The notes under the pieces: generated by a model
Seen by the model: the letters and a program-made list of their open reading frames with translations, nothing else
Database searches by the model: none
Told to the model about the DNA's origin: nothing
NCBI RefSeq assembly: GCF_963921235.1
Contig: NC_086097.1
Coordinates: forward strand, 82,276,001-82,340,000
Length of the DNA stretch: 64,000 bases
Direction of reading: 5' to 3'
DNA from: Mobula hypostoma
Lineage: Eukaryota
Translations under genes and position numbers: made by a program
In this document: positions 49,881-61,549 of the stretch, piece after piece
How the letters are laid out: the number at the start of each line of letters is the position of its first letter
Position numbering within the stretch: position 1 is the first letter of the stretch

Positions 49881-52800
49881 TTTATTCATCATTAAGGGGT
49901 CTAAATTAAAATAAAAAATTAACACAAACTGGGAATGCCTATTGGATGTTGATGCCAGCAGCGAGTTGACTCAGATGGAATGATGGTAGCAGCACCTAAA
50001 GGAATGGCGAGGTGAAGATGAAGGTGATCACAACAGAGAAAATTACATTGACAAGGATTCAGATTGGAACCTAAAGGATCAAGCTGGTGTTCAGTAAGCT
50101 ACCTTTACACTATTCCAGTTGGCGCGATTGACCAATCACATAAGGTCTCATAATCCCCAAAGATGGTCCGTGACCACACACATGAAGATGAGGTCGCTTT
50201 GAATACCTCAAGAAGAACCCTCAGGTTCGACAGTTCACTAATTGCTCAATTTCAATGTTTGGTTCCAGCCAGCGCTGTATCTTTGCACGACCTGTTTTCT
50301 GTAGATCTGTAGAGAAAGTTGAGAGGGTGTATTAACTTACTAACTGTTAAATTGCATGAACTCATTCCATACCTCGAGTCAAGGGGGACTGTTGGGCACC
50401 CTGGTTGCTAATTTATTCATCACAAATAATGTCTGTTTGGTTGGTAAGGTCGATGAGATTGCTGAGTGACGATGAGTGTTCACTGCCTGCAGAGCTGTGG
50501 TTCTTCCTGTGTTCCAGTGCCTCATTCATCTTCTTTGGAAGTGCCTGCTGTACTAACGGTCAGTCAGGTCTTGTGCCTCAAGTTAGGTTGTTGCTTACCG
50601 CTGCCCCCCACAAGAATCTTGAACACCCTTCCTCCCGATGACTTCTATCTTCCCCTAACGTCACCTTAGGACATGTAGCTGTCCCCTGAGGGGCAGTACC
50701 ACCCCCACTGGGAATCACCTGGTTATATAAAATAGGCTAAAGCTTTCTTGAATTTACAATGTAGCAGAATAACGTGACTGAGAAACTTAGTAGGGAGATA
50801 GGTAAACAGTTTCTGGTGGAAGACTAGAAAACAAAAGAGAATATCAAGGATTGACTTTATTGACTATTTGCATTTACATGCAACATACAATAAAAATGAC
50901 AACATTTAACAATTATAAAGAATAAAGAATTATATAAAAATTGGAAAAAAATGTGAATAAATACCAGCATGTACTTAGAATGTAAACAGCGTTATAAAAA
51001 GTGGTTTATTCAGTTCAGTTGAAAATACACTTTGAATGAAGTCATCTACATCACCTTGGCAGTGTTTGTTTGAAAAAAAGAACATACATTAAAACTCTTG
51101 ACAGCCCTGTCGGGACTTCAGTATTCTTACTTGCTGTTTTTTTTTGTACCTATTTGATGTTATTTCTGGCAACTTTGAACAAAAGTTGAATTACCCAGGA
51201 GTGAAATCAGAAAGCGCTTTTCATTTCTAGGGTAATAGGCACCTGTGATCAGTAAATTAATTTCTGTAGGTCCCAAGAGAGATGAAACAAAAATGTGAGT
51301 AAATAGATGAAGCGCAAAGTTGGGCTGCAATCTAAATGAATGACTCTACAAGCTTAAGGGACAGTGTGACTTCATCTTGTTTATTCTGGAAGATGGCAAC
51401 CAGCTGGTCTCTCAAGAAAAGGAAATGGGTATTTTTTTTTACCAATGTGATATAGAGATGAATAATATGTAATAACTCACTGTGTATGTTCTCCATTTAC
51501 ATTTTATCCTTGATAATCAACGATGCTTTATAAACACCAGCTGGAGAAAATCTGGTACAAATCAGCTCATGCAACATTCTGCAATGGGAAGCCAAGAATA
51601 CTGCTGACTGATGTTCCACTGAATTAATCAATATTACTTAGCTAGGACAGTTGGCATGAACCTGTGCCAGTGACTCTTTGCTAGGAACTGCAGAAAATGC
51701 AAAACCTTTAATATCTGCTGCAGTAGTCATCAGTGCTCTTTGGTAGAAATGCTTTTTCCCCCTCACTGCCTTAAAGCAGCAGGAGATCCAAATAAACAGC
51801 AGTAAAATTCCAGTGTTTAATTGGAAGTATCGATGGTTGAGCTACTGGCTCACCAGGTATTGTTTGCTGTAGTGCTGACCTGTTCATTTGGGACTTCTTT
51901 TCAACCTATCTAAATAAATTGATAAACTATCATTTGTCTGACATTTTGAAAAAGTGTGTAATGCCCTGGTTAAGATTTTACTGCTAATGTAGGGTGTTTC
52001 ATTTAATGGTTTTTCTGCATAAGCAGTGTGTTCTGCTGGTAGTGTTTGGGTTACCATTAAAGATGAGGAGTTGTGATGTCATGTTAGGAATGTTGTGTCA
52101 TCCAATCAGGATGGTGGAATTGGGAGAAGGTTCTCGAGAATGCTGGGCGGAGAGGTTTTATGATGGACACTGGCGTGGGTCGAGGTCTTTTTGGCAGGAG
52201 ATGGAGAACGAAGAAGCTCAAGAGAACTGGCTGTGGGATTTGATCCAACAGGAATGTACGATTTGGAGTCCAAGAGGGAAATCCTACACTGATCAGTGAA
52301 TAGGAGTCGATGCCATGAATACATTGGACATATCAGCTTTTGGAAGCTTTGACCTCCAACCTGTGCACATTTGACTGTTTTAATTATGATGGGCCCTTTT
52401 GTGTTTTTAAAAAATTTCTTCTTTAATAACAGTTTGGTTAAGTTAACATTCATAAATATACTTTCCTTATAATTGTATGCAGTGTACAGTTTGTTATTTC
52501 TTGCTGACGAGTGATTGCATGGGGGCAGAGTAGTTCCACAGATCGCGGTTCGGGTGGGCCAAGCATTCCAACCTCACGGGTTTAGTGGGATTTAAAGTCA
52601 GTTCGACCCTAGTCATATGGAGTCTGTGAAAAGTGGTTTTCTCACTGCTGAGTCAGTGGCGAAGGGCAAATGAGCTGCATCTCTAGAAATACCTGGTAAA
52701 AAGGGGCTTCAATTAAATTAAAAGATTGTGGATATTATTATAAAGAATATCAATAGGTCAAAAAAGTCAGCAAATACAGTATCAACGTCCTGAGTGGGCT

Positions 52801-54608
52801 GGCTGTATTATGAATTTTAATATATGTGTTTTTAAAAAAATGGAACTGATGCTGGGGATGTAGATGACATTTTAGTGCATATTTGCAACTGAGTAGAAGT
52901 TTTGTTTTGTAAGTGTTCCCATCTCTCTTGAGAACACTTCCTGTAGTGGTGTAAGGGCAGAGTTCTGGATTCAAGGTTGCCACTGGCCCTTTAGTGGGGA
53001 TGGTTGCCCGCATGTCTGATGATGATAGGAAACCTGTGTGGGAGAGTTCTTCTAAAGTGGAAAAGACATTGCGCTAGGGCAATACCACACTCTTGACCTG
53101 AGAAGTCCAGGTCCAGTGGTGTGAACAGGCATCACAAACTGGAGTCTTCCTTGGTTGCAGTGGATGACCATGACGCCTCCTGTGCCTTGTCATGCTCTTT
53201 GCTCTCCACGGAGCGCTGCAGAGCGCCCTTGGTCGTTGGATCTCATCCAGCCAGTCAGCTGCAGCTGACTTCACAGGTTAGGACAGGCATGTTGCTATCT
53301 CACCGGGGTAGGAGGCCGCCGGTTATTCTCACCTGGTTTGACCAGCTTGTTGAAGCAGTGTCCCAGAGTGTAGCCGCTGTCGCATGTAAACAGCTACTTG
53401 GAGCGACAGGTGAGAGTTGAGTCTCCGGTGGGGACCAAATATGAGTGAGCTGCCCCGGAATGGACACGATAAGCTTCTTCACCAGAGGTGCCACCACTCC
53501 CTCCCTGGGCACCCCATCCACCCCTTTAAAAATACCAATACAATCATTCTTCAAGTGTGCTAGATAAATCACAGCAGCTTCTCCAGCATTAGAAGACATT
53601 GAAGTATCTGCCACATCACTGGCACCAGAAACAGCTTATAGAGAACTGATTTTCTCACCCTGACGTCATTGTTCATTCTCCATACCACTTTTGCACACTA
53701 TCCCATCATAGCCCATGGCTACAAGTGGCAGTGCCACTTTGGGGAGGTCAGATATGCAATGAGATTTTTTTCTGGTATGTTTATTTCACAATAGAAATAT
53801 AACTCAGACCAAGGAAGTAAGAATTTCTTGACTGTTGTACAAACGTTTATAGTTTGTGTTATCTTGAAATAATTTACTGCATTTCATTAATCAACTAGAT
53901 GTTTGTTACTATTTCACCTGGTTTATGGAAGAGGAAGGACAAGCAAAGAGCTTGATACAACATGCAAACAAGTCAGAGGAGAGGGGGAGTATGGTTTAAC
54001 TCCATTTCCCACTGATTAATTTAGTCTGACTTGCTGATACAAAACAGACGTATCCACTAAGAGATTCCCTCTGTAAACCCTACTTTGGAGAGCATGCCGA
54101 CCATGAATATATGTGGTACTCTGACAAGGTCTTCTCCTGATAACAACTATCTATCTAGCAGTCATTTTTCTGAAAGCTGTCAGATCTGGACCTGGTCCAG
54201 GTGAATCTCCGGTCCTACTGAAGAGGACTTGGCAAGGACTGCCTGAGCCACATTAAATAGTGTAATGAGTTATCAGCTTATGATCCTCCTGCCCATAGAT
54301 GAGGGTGATGATATCCTTCATGCAGTCTGACATTCTACTTTCTGAAAGCTTAGCTTTGTTACACTTCCACCAGAACTGGGCTGATCCAGTCCTGCAGAGA
54401 CATGTGCAACTCAATTGACAGGCCTTTGTTTCCAAGCTTCTAATTAACTTCTAAGGAATAGGTGGACCTTGTCAGAATATCTAGAGTGATACAGATACTA
54501 CCACATCTTCTAAAGACTCAAACAGCAGGGTCTGGGCTGTCTGGTTGTAGCTTGCAAAATGCATAGGGTGGCACACCAGGATTTGCAGATTGATGTCAGG
54601 TTACGTGG

Positions 54609-55498
54609 TGTTACATACCCTGTAACTGGGTTGCCAAACCAGCAGAAATGGACCACTCAGTTGGAGTCTGGATTACTGGAACTAAGAAGGTTTTATTAAA
54701 GAAATAAGCAACACAGTACTCTAATAGTAAGGATATAAATGCAACAGGTTAGCAATGAATAAACATACATGTACACAGAACTAGGATAATAGGGTCAATC
54801 AAGCTCTATCGCAGTCTAGGGGTAAGATGATCAATCACAAGTGACAGAGTTCAGTTTAGTTCAGTTTGCAGTAATCGCCGTCGTGCCGTTGGAGAAAGAG
54901 AGAGAACAAATGAATATGCAAATCGGATTCCAAACAGACCTTTGATATTCCTCGCAGTTAGCTTTCGGGCGAGCCCTTTGTAATGTCTTCTGAGGTCACC
55001 GACTGTGACCCCTCCGTTCCAGACATGATCGTTCTTCAGCGGTGAACCCGGCACCCAGGCAAGGGCGGACACACACCAGGTTCCCGCCGACCGTATCTTT
55101 CCACCCTGTGCGTCTATGGCTGGTCCCGCGCCAGACCTCCAAAACTCCCACCGAATTGTGGGGGAGCACCGCTTCCAGGGTCTCGTTACCTTGTGGTGTC
55201 GTGTCTGTTGTCTTAGCGAACTTGCCCCTTTTTATCCCCCTGCTGGGGTATCACCTGTCCATCACACTTCAAACAGTTCAGGGTTCAAAAGGAGCCCGTC
55301 TTGACAATACTCAGACCAGTGTCTCCTTCCGTTAAACTCTTTCGTCTCTTCATTAACATTTCCAAATGCTGCTCCATTGTCTTACTTATCTCTCTCTCCT
55401 GAAGACAGGTGGCAGATCAACTGTTGATCCCACTGGTGCCAGCACAGGACAGTTAACATCTTAGTCTATGTGTACTTTTGTAACCCTCTTTCGTCACA
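54609..55498 (-). repeat. 3' LTR
   Basis: Direct repeat of 58702-59593. On the minus strand it is preceded by the PPT-like AAAGAGCAGGGG (55499-55510). Confidence 0.95.
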
Positions 55499-55648
55499 CC
55501 CCTGCTCTTTAAGGATTTTTACCGGCGTAAAAATTATAAGCATGAATACATTATTAGATACACACAAATATACATCTTCATCAGCTATTTGGCTAATACA
55601 GAGAATTTTAAGTTGTCAACACCTTGACAGACAGTCAGCAATCACATT

Positions 55649-56347
55649 TTACGTTACTTTTATATGTGTAATTTTTAATAACCCTCCCAAACCAGGCTCC
55701 AACTTAGCAGACTTCATAGTGGCCGAAAACACTGATGAATTGTGATCAGTGTGACCTCTCATTGGGTTTCGTCCCGGACCACGATAACAAGGGTCGTCCC
55801 ATCCCAACTTAGTTTTCTTTCGCAAGGGCTTAGTAGGAGGGGGAGGGGTAGTACCCGCAAAGTTATTGCAAAACTTCCTACAGTACCCCACCATCTCCAA
55901 GAGCCTTCTGAGGGCCCTCTTGTCTTTCGGGGTTGGGATGTCAGAGATGGCCCGCACCTTAGCTTGCATCGCTGCCAGCTGCCCCTGTGTTACCATAATT
56001 CCCAGATAAGTGACCTTCGCGTGGCCGAACTCATTTTTTTCAAGGTTAACTATCAAGCTGGCTTCAGACAGCCATATTACATTGCCAATATACACTTCTG
56101 TGTTCTTTAGCCCTTTCGTCACTGAATTACTCATTCTATTCTGTTGCTCACTAGGCTGACCTAGCGTAACAAACACCACCCAACGTCCCAGTTCTTTGCA
56201 TCGCCTCGGGACAATCAAACACACGTGTGCGAGCCGTTTAATTAGCTCTCCTAAAGGGTCACTTTGTTCGTGGATTAAGGGAGAGACCTTATCAGCAGAG
56301 CTGGCCAAAACAATAGCCTTCTCCCATCTGGTCGGTACCATACTCAT
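55649..56347 (-). pseudogene. Deleted reverse transcriptase remnant of the Gypsy element
   Basis: EVYIGNVI (YIDD lost)..LIVNLEKNEFGHAKVTYLG..AKVRAISDIPTPKDKRALRRLLEMVGYCRKFCNNFA: RT thumb region with large deletions. Confidence 0.8.
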
Positions 56348-56439
56348 CTTTTCAAAATGGGTTTTCCCCTTATCAGGGGGACCCTAGCTTCATTGATTTC
56401 CGCGCTAACACCGACTAGGTTTGTTAGCATATCAAAAGC

Positions 56440-58602
56440 CTATGACCGTCTCAGTTCGCGTCTGCAATAATCAATAACATCCTTCCTCCTGTGCAGCCAG
56501 AATAACTCTCTCATGGCTCCGCTGACTGTTTCCTTCAGCACCTCAAAATGTCCACCGAGGGGTACCTTGTGGGCCAGGTTAAAAATCTCATCCCCATAAC
56601 TCTTTTGCACCACCCCCCATTCCTCATTTGCAGTACTTGGTCTCCCTTCCTTCCTTAGCACCTCCCCCTTCACACCATAATTCACTGGCTCCCTTCCTAA
56701 TTCTGTTTCACAGAGATCTGTTTCCTCGTCTTGCTCCTGTGCCTGTATAAAGTCCTTCTTTTCGAATGATAAATCTACCTTAATTTCCCCACTTCCTCCT
56801 GTTTCATTACACTCCTTCTTTTCACTTTCTACCCCCTCCTCATACAAGGCTGGTAGAAACGTCTCAGCAGTCTCTCTGGACACACGCCGAGTCACTGCGC
56901 AAACAGGATGAACCTGTGAGTCCATGGGCGGGGCCTCAATGCTGGCAGGCTGACCTGTCAGTCTCACTGCCGAGAACACAATTCCCCCGGCGGGGTCATT
57001 ACCGAGCAAGACTTCCACGCCTTTCATCGGTAATTCGGGCCTCACCCCGATCGTGACTAGTCCAGAGACCAAGTTGCTTTGTAGGTGTATCTGGTGCAAA
57101 GGGACTGCTTCTGTCCCTTCCCCAATACCTTTGACCCTGACCTCCCCAGTTTGGGTCTCTGAACTAAACTCTAACACACTCTTCAATATCAATGACTGAC
57201 ATGCTCCCGTGTCTCTCCAGATCTGCACTGGAACTGGGTTTAACCCCTCCTTCTCCGACACCAATCCGGCCGAGATAAACCTCTCGCGCCCTTCCTGAAC
57301 TTTGGCAGACCTTTCCTCTCCTAGAGGTTCGTTTACCAGCTCGATACAGCCAGTCGAAATCGCCGTTTTTCCTTTTCCCGTCTCCTTCTTTTGGGCAAAG
57401 CACCTGGATGCAAAGTGTCCAACTTTCCCACAATTATAACAGATGACCCCAGGAGACTTCCTACCAGACTGCCCCTGGTCTACCTTATCCTTCTCACTAG
57501 TCCCCGGCTTACTTACTGACTTTTCTGGCGGACTCTCCCCGCCGTCCTGACTACCCTTCTGGTAGCCTTTACTCGGGGCAAAATTCATTTTATGCATCAA
57601 CGCGTACTCATCCGCTAACTTAGCAGTTGCGGCTAACGTGGCTGCCTCTTTCTCATCGAGGTAGGGTCTCATACCCTCAGGGACACAACCTTTAAACTGC
57701 TCAATCAGAATCAGCTGCAGCAGTCTGTCATAATCCCCCTCTACCCCCTTCGAGGCGCACCAACGCTCACAATATGTCTGCATCTCACGGGCAAACTCTA
57801 AATACGTGCGGTCCCACTGTTTCCTCGCATTCCGGAACCTCTGCCGGTATGCCTCTGGGACCAACTCATAAATCCTGAGGATTGCTTCTTTCACCACCTT
57901 ATACCTCTGGGCATCTTCTGCAGACAAAGCTGAGTAAGCTTGTTGGGCTTTCCCTTTAAGTACACTCTGAAGCAAAACAGCCCATTTATCCCTCGGCCAG
58001 TCCTGACTTGCAGCAACTTTTTCGAAATGGGGAAAGTACCGATCCACATCGGTATCGTCAAATGGGGGAACCAGCCTAACCTCCTGGGTCACCCTGAACC
58101 CTCCACCTTGGTTCGGCATGGGCCCCTGCTCTGCCATCATCTTTAACCTTTCCAGCTCAAATTCCCTTTCCCTCTGTTTCTCTTCTCGCTCCAACTGCCT
58201 CTCTTCTCGCTCCAACTGTTTGTGCCTCTCTCTCTCTTGCTGTTCTAACTGTCTCTCTCTCTCTTGCCGTTCTAACTGTCTCTCTCTCTCTTGCCGTTCT
58301 AACTGTTTTTCTTCGTGTTCTAGCTGCCGTACCCGGAACTCGTGCTCGAGTCTCAGTTTTTCGATCTGTACCTGTACTGCGTCTCCACCAGGTTTTCCCA
58401 TAGATACCACCTCCAGCTCCCCTTGGGGAAACACACCTTTAGATACATAGTGCTCTACGATAGCTCTGTGTATCTCCTCTCTCCTCATTGTCGACTTCCC
58501 CTTAACAAGATTCAACCGTTTGGCCACAGCTGCCAATTCCACTTTCCTGGCATCCTCTAATGCCTCCAAGGTCGGTGTCTTTAGAAATTCCTCAATCTCC
58601 AT
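56440..58602 (-). CDS. Gypsy gag-protease polyprotein (coiled coil, SCAN-like capsid, CCHC knuckle, aspartic protease, truncated integrase zinc-binding domain)
   Basis: 720-aa open ORF with PEAYRQRFR..LILIEQF (SCAN-like), CYNCGKVGHFASRC, WRDTGACQSLI, VLLGND and LAHKVPLGGH..FW..KDVIDYCR. Confidence 0.88.
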   Translation of the reverse strand: MEIEEFLKTPTLEALEDARKVELAAVAKRLNLVKGKSTMRREEIHRAIVEHYVSKGVFPQGELEVVSMGKPGGDAVQVQIEKLRLEHEFRVRQLEHEEKQLERQERERQLERQERERQLEQQERERHKQLEREERQLEREEKQREREFELERLKMMAEQGPMPNQGGGFRVTQEVRLVPPFDDTDVDRYFPHFEKVAASQDWPRDKWAVLLQSVLKGKAQQAYSALSAEDAQRYKVVKEAILRIYELVPEAYRQRFRNARKQWDRTYLEFAREMQTYCERWCASKGVEGDYDRLLQLILIEQFKGCVPEGMRPYLDEKEAATLAATAKLADEYALMHKMNFAPSKGYQKGSQDGGESPPEKSVSKPGTSEKDKVDQGQSGRKSPGVICYNCGKVGHFASRCFAQKKETGKGKTAISTGCIELVNEPLGEERSAKVQEGRERFISAGLVSEKEGLNPVPVQIWRDTGACQSLILKSVLEFSSETQTGEVRVKGIGEGTEAVPLHQIHLQSNLVSGLVTIGVRPELPMKGVEVLLGNDPAGGIVFSAVRLTGQPASIEAPPMDSQVHPVCAVTRRVSRETAETFLPALYEEGVESEKKECNETGGSGEIKVDLSFEKKDFIQAQEQDEETDLCETELGREPVNYGVKGEVLRKEGRPSTANEEWGVVQKSYGDEIFNLAHKVPLGGHFEVLKETVSGAMRELFWLHRRKDVIDYCRRELRRS

Positions 58603-58671
58603 TTCTGCTGTTTGCCTTTTCTTTCTTTCGGGAATTTTAACCCAATCAATTTACTCCGTCCCAAATTTAGC

Positions 58672-58697
58672 GTTCAAAATCGCGGACGAGAACCCCA
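58672..58697 (-). other. Primer-binding site, tRNA-Pro-like
   Basis: + strand GTTCAAAATCGCGGACGAGAACCCCA resembles the tRNA-Pro 3' end GTTCAAATCCCGGACGAGCCCCCA and lies 4 nt from the 5' LTR. Confidence 0.75.
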
Positions 58698-58701
58698 CTT
58701 A

Positions 58702-59593
58702 TGTTACGTACCCCGTAACTGGGTTGCCAAACCAGCAGAAATGGATCACTCAGTTGGAGTCTGGAGTACTGGAACTAAGAAAGTTTTATTAAAGAAATAA
58801 GCAACACAGTACTCTAATAGTAAGGATATAAATGCAACAGGTTAGCAATGAATAAACACACATGTACACAGAACCAGGATAATAGGGTCAATCAAGCTCT
58901 ATCGCGGTCTAGGGTAAGATGATCAATCACAAGTGACAGAGTTCAGTTTAGTTCAGTTTGCAGTAATCGCCGTCGTGCCGTTGGAGAGAGAGAGAGAGAA
59001 CAAATGAATATGCAAATCGGATTCCAAACAGACCTTCGATATTCCTTGCAGTTAGCTTTCGGGCGAGCCCTTTGTAATGTCTTCTGAGGTCACCGACCGT
59101 GACCCCTCCGTTCCAGACACGATCGTTCTTCGGCAGTGAACCTGGCACCCAGGCAAGGGCGGACACACACCAGGTTCACGCCGACCGTACCTTTCCACCC
59201 TGTGCGTCTATGGCTGGTCCCACGCCAGACCTCCAAAACTCCCACCGACTTGTGGGGGCGCACTGCTTCCAGGGTCTCATTACCTCTTGGTGTCGTGTGT
59301 GTTGTCTTAGCGAACCTGCCCCTTTTTATCCCCCTGCTGGGGTATCACCTGTCCCATCACACTTCAAACAGTTCAGGGTTCAAAAGGAGCCCGTCTTGAC
59401 AATACTCAGACCGGTGTCTCCTTCCGTTAAACTCTCTCGTCTCTTCATTAACATTTCCAAATGCTGCTCCATTGTCTTACTTATCTCTCTCTCCTGAAGA
59501 CAGGTGGCAGATCAACTGTTGATCCCACTGGTGCTAGCACAGGACAGTTAACATCTTAGTCTATGTGTACTTTTGTAACCCTCTTTCATCACA
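58702..59593 (-). repeat. 5' LTR
   Basis: Direct repeat of 54609-55498, adjacent to the PBS. Confidence 0.95.
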
Positions 59594-59964
59594 GTGGACA
59601 TCCTCTTCCTTAAGTCGAATGATCACAGAGCTTTGTGTGGGGTTTATGGAAGAAGTACAAGTCTCATACTGCTTCACAGAGAGAACACTGAACCCGAAGG
59701 TGATTCAAGGTGAATGTGGCTCTCTACCCTTTGGAAATTTTTCTCAACATACGGACTGCAGCAGGAATGGATTCTGTATCCTTTCTGAAGGCTACACATT
59801 CGCCTTAGCTCTTTCTCACTTTCTGAAAACCTTTGAGTACAAAGAATTGCCTGCTGTTTTCCCTGATTGCTTTCTATCAGTCTAGCAGGGAAACAAAGAA
59901 GAATTTCATTACGATCCCTTTATTCAGGGTCATCAGTTTCATGTTCGGATTCCATATTCCCCAT

Positions 59965-60440
59965 TAGGAGCCCAGGAATGAAAGGGTTACTGTATGAGGA
60001 ATGTCTGGCAGCTCTTGGGCTGTATTCCCTGGAGTTCAGGAGAATGAGGGGGGGATCTCATAGAAACATTCCAAATATTAAAAGGCCTGAACAGATTAGA
60101 TATAGCAAAGTTATTTCCCATGGTAGGGGATTCTAGGACAAGAGGGCACGACTTCAGGATTGAAGGACGTCCTTTTAGAACTGAGATGTGGAGGAATTAA
60201 ATTACTTTAGTCACAAGGTAATAAACCTGTGGAATTTGTTGCCACGAGCGGCTGTGGAGACCAAGTCATTGGGTGTATTTAAGGCAGAGATAGGTAAGTT
60301 CTTGATTAGCCAGGGCATCAAAGGGTATGGGGTGAAAGCAGGGGAGCAGGGATGACTGGAAGAATTGGATCAGCCCATGATTGAATGGCAGAGCAGACTC
60401 AATGGGCAGAATGGCCTACTTCTGCTCCTACATCTTATGG
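59965..60440 (+). mobile_element. CR1 LINE 3' fragment
   Basis: PGMKGLLYEECLAALGLYSLEFRRMRG, ending in a CR1-type tail GGCCTACTTCTGCTCCTACATCTTATG. Confidence 0.85.
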
Positions 60441-61549
60441 TTAGAGAAGAACAGCATGGTAAATTGGACCATGACAGCCTGTAACACAGCAGGAGAGCTA
60501 TCTTAGGCCCAATTGATGCATCTGCCTTGACCAGTTATATTTGTGCTGTTCTCCCTATGCAGGGTTGTTAATAATTACACAACTTGGCAGCTTCTATTGG
60601 TTCACTACGAATTTAGCTTACTGCAGGCTCAATTGGATCACCAGAGCTACTGAAAGGTTTCTTCAGAGCTGACATACAGTACATTTTTTCTATTGTGTCA
60701 TTAGCATCTGTTAAAAGCAGAAGACCAACAACTGCATCTTTCTCTTCATTAATGGTGAAATTTCCTTGCCACAGCAGAATACCCAGACCAGAGGTGTTAT
60801 TGTCTCATGACCAGATTGGGTATTTAGAATAAAACCACCATTCTGACCATCGGCAACAGTTGCAGAAATACAGTAAGCCAAACTCCCAGAAAACAGGTTG
60901 GCTTTGACCTTGTCAAGACTTCCAAGTCTCCAGGATATCAGAGTGCTTTAAAAACAGTGCATGTTACTGGATGCCTCCCTCTTTTGATTCATTATTGTCA
61001 CACGTAGTAAGATACTGCAAAGAGCTTTTGCTTGCATTTAGGTCATGTACATTGAGATATTGAAAATAAAGACAAAGAATGTTGCAACTACGAAGAAAGT
61101 GCAGTACACATAGAACATTATCAGTAATTCTTGTAGTCTCCGAATTGAGATTTAAAAGAGTAGAACAATTACATTAATTTCCGGAATTGAATAAGCTTAG
61201 GACAATTCATCAGGATTCATGACTCTCCACTTCTGTATTGCACATCTTGCAATGCATTATATTTCCAATATCCATTATTTAACCACATTACAGCGGTCAG
61301 TTACTTTGTCCCAGCACAGCGTTGATGTGCATAAAGCGCTGTACTTGCCTGGGCTGCAATACAAATGATTTCTCCTCCAGAGACTCATTTTTGCTGCAGT
61401 GAAAGAGATGCAATTGGTTCCTGATCTGAGATGTCCCCTCCTCCAGACTTTCATTTTCTAGTTTGCTCCCCCTCATTTCTGAGATTAGTGTGCATTTGAT
61501 ACTGCATTGCCTTCAATTTCCAAAGCTGCCTTATATTGCCTGCTACATG

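Larger units (their letters stand above)
47622..50720 (-). mobile_element. Full-length but decayed hAT transposon of the Buster group
   Basis: Left TIR CAGTGTTTCCCAACC, right end GGGAATCACCT. Perfect 8-bp TSD GGTTATAT (47614-47621 and 50721-50728) with central TA. Confidence 0.88.
54609..59593 (-). mobile_element. Gmr1-like Ty3/Gypsy LTR retrotransposon, complete ends, pol internally deleted
   Basis: Two ~890-bp TG...CA LTRs, a perfect 4-bp TSD GTGG (54605-54608 / 59594-59597), a tRNA-Pro-like PBS and a purine-rich PPT. Confidence 0.95.
53990..60850 (-). mobile_element. Old Tx1-clade (L1 group) LINE remnant split by the Gypsy and CR1 insertions
   Basis: Minus-strand frameshifted pieces: SGLGILLWQGNFTINE (~60790, endonuclease), YFFHK..SSVIIRLKEED (~59600-59660), then beyond the LTR element GLSIELHMSLQDWISPVLVEV and MSDCMKDIITLIY (~54290-54425) and QEKTL..HIFMVGMLSKVGF (~54075-54140). 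Confidence 0.65.

Noticed and set aside
51988..52711. Possible solo LTR (TGTAGGG...GGCTTCA, with CCAAT and GC-box-like motifs)
   Set aside because: No matching TSD and no second copy in the window, so it cannot be supported.
56440..58602. A host SCAN zinc-finger gene
   Set aside because: No C2H2 array; the ORF lies between LTRs with a PBS, PPT and TSD.
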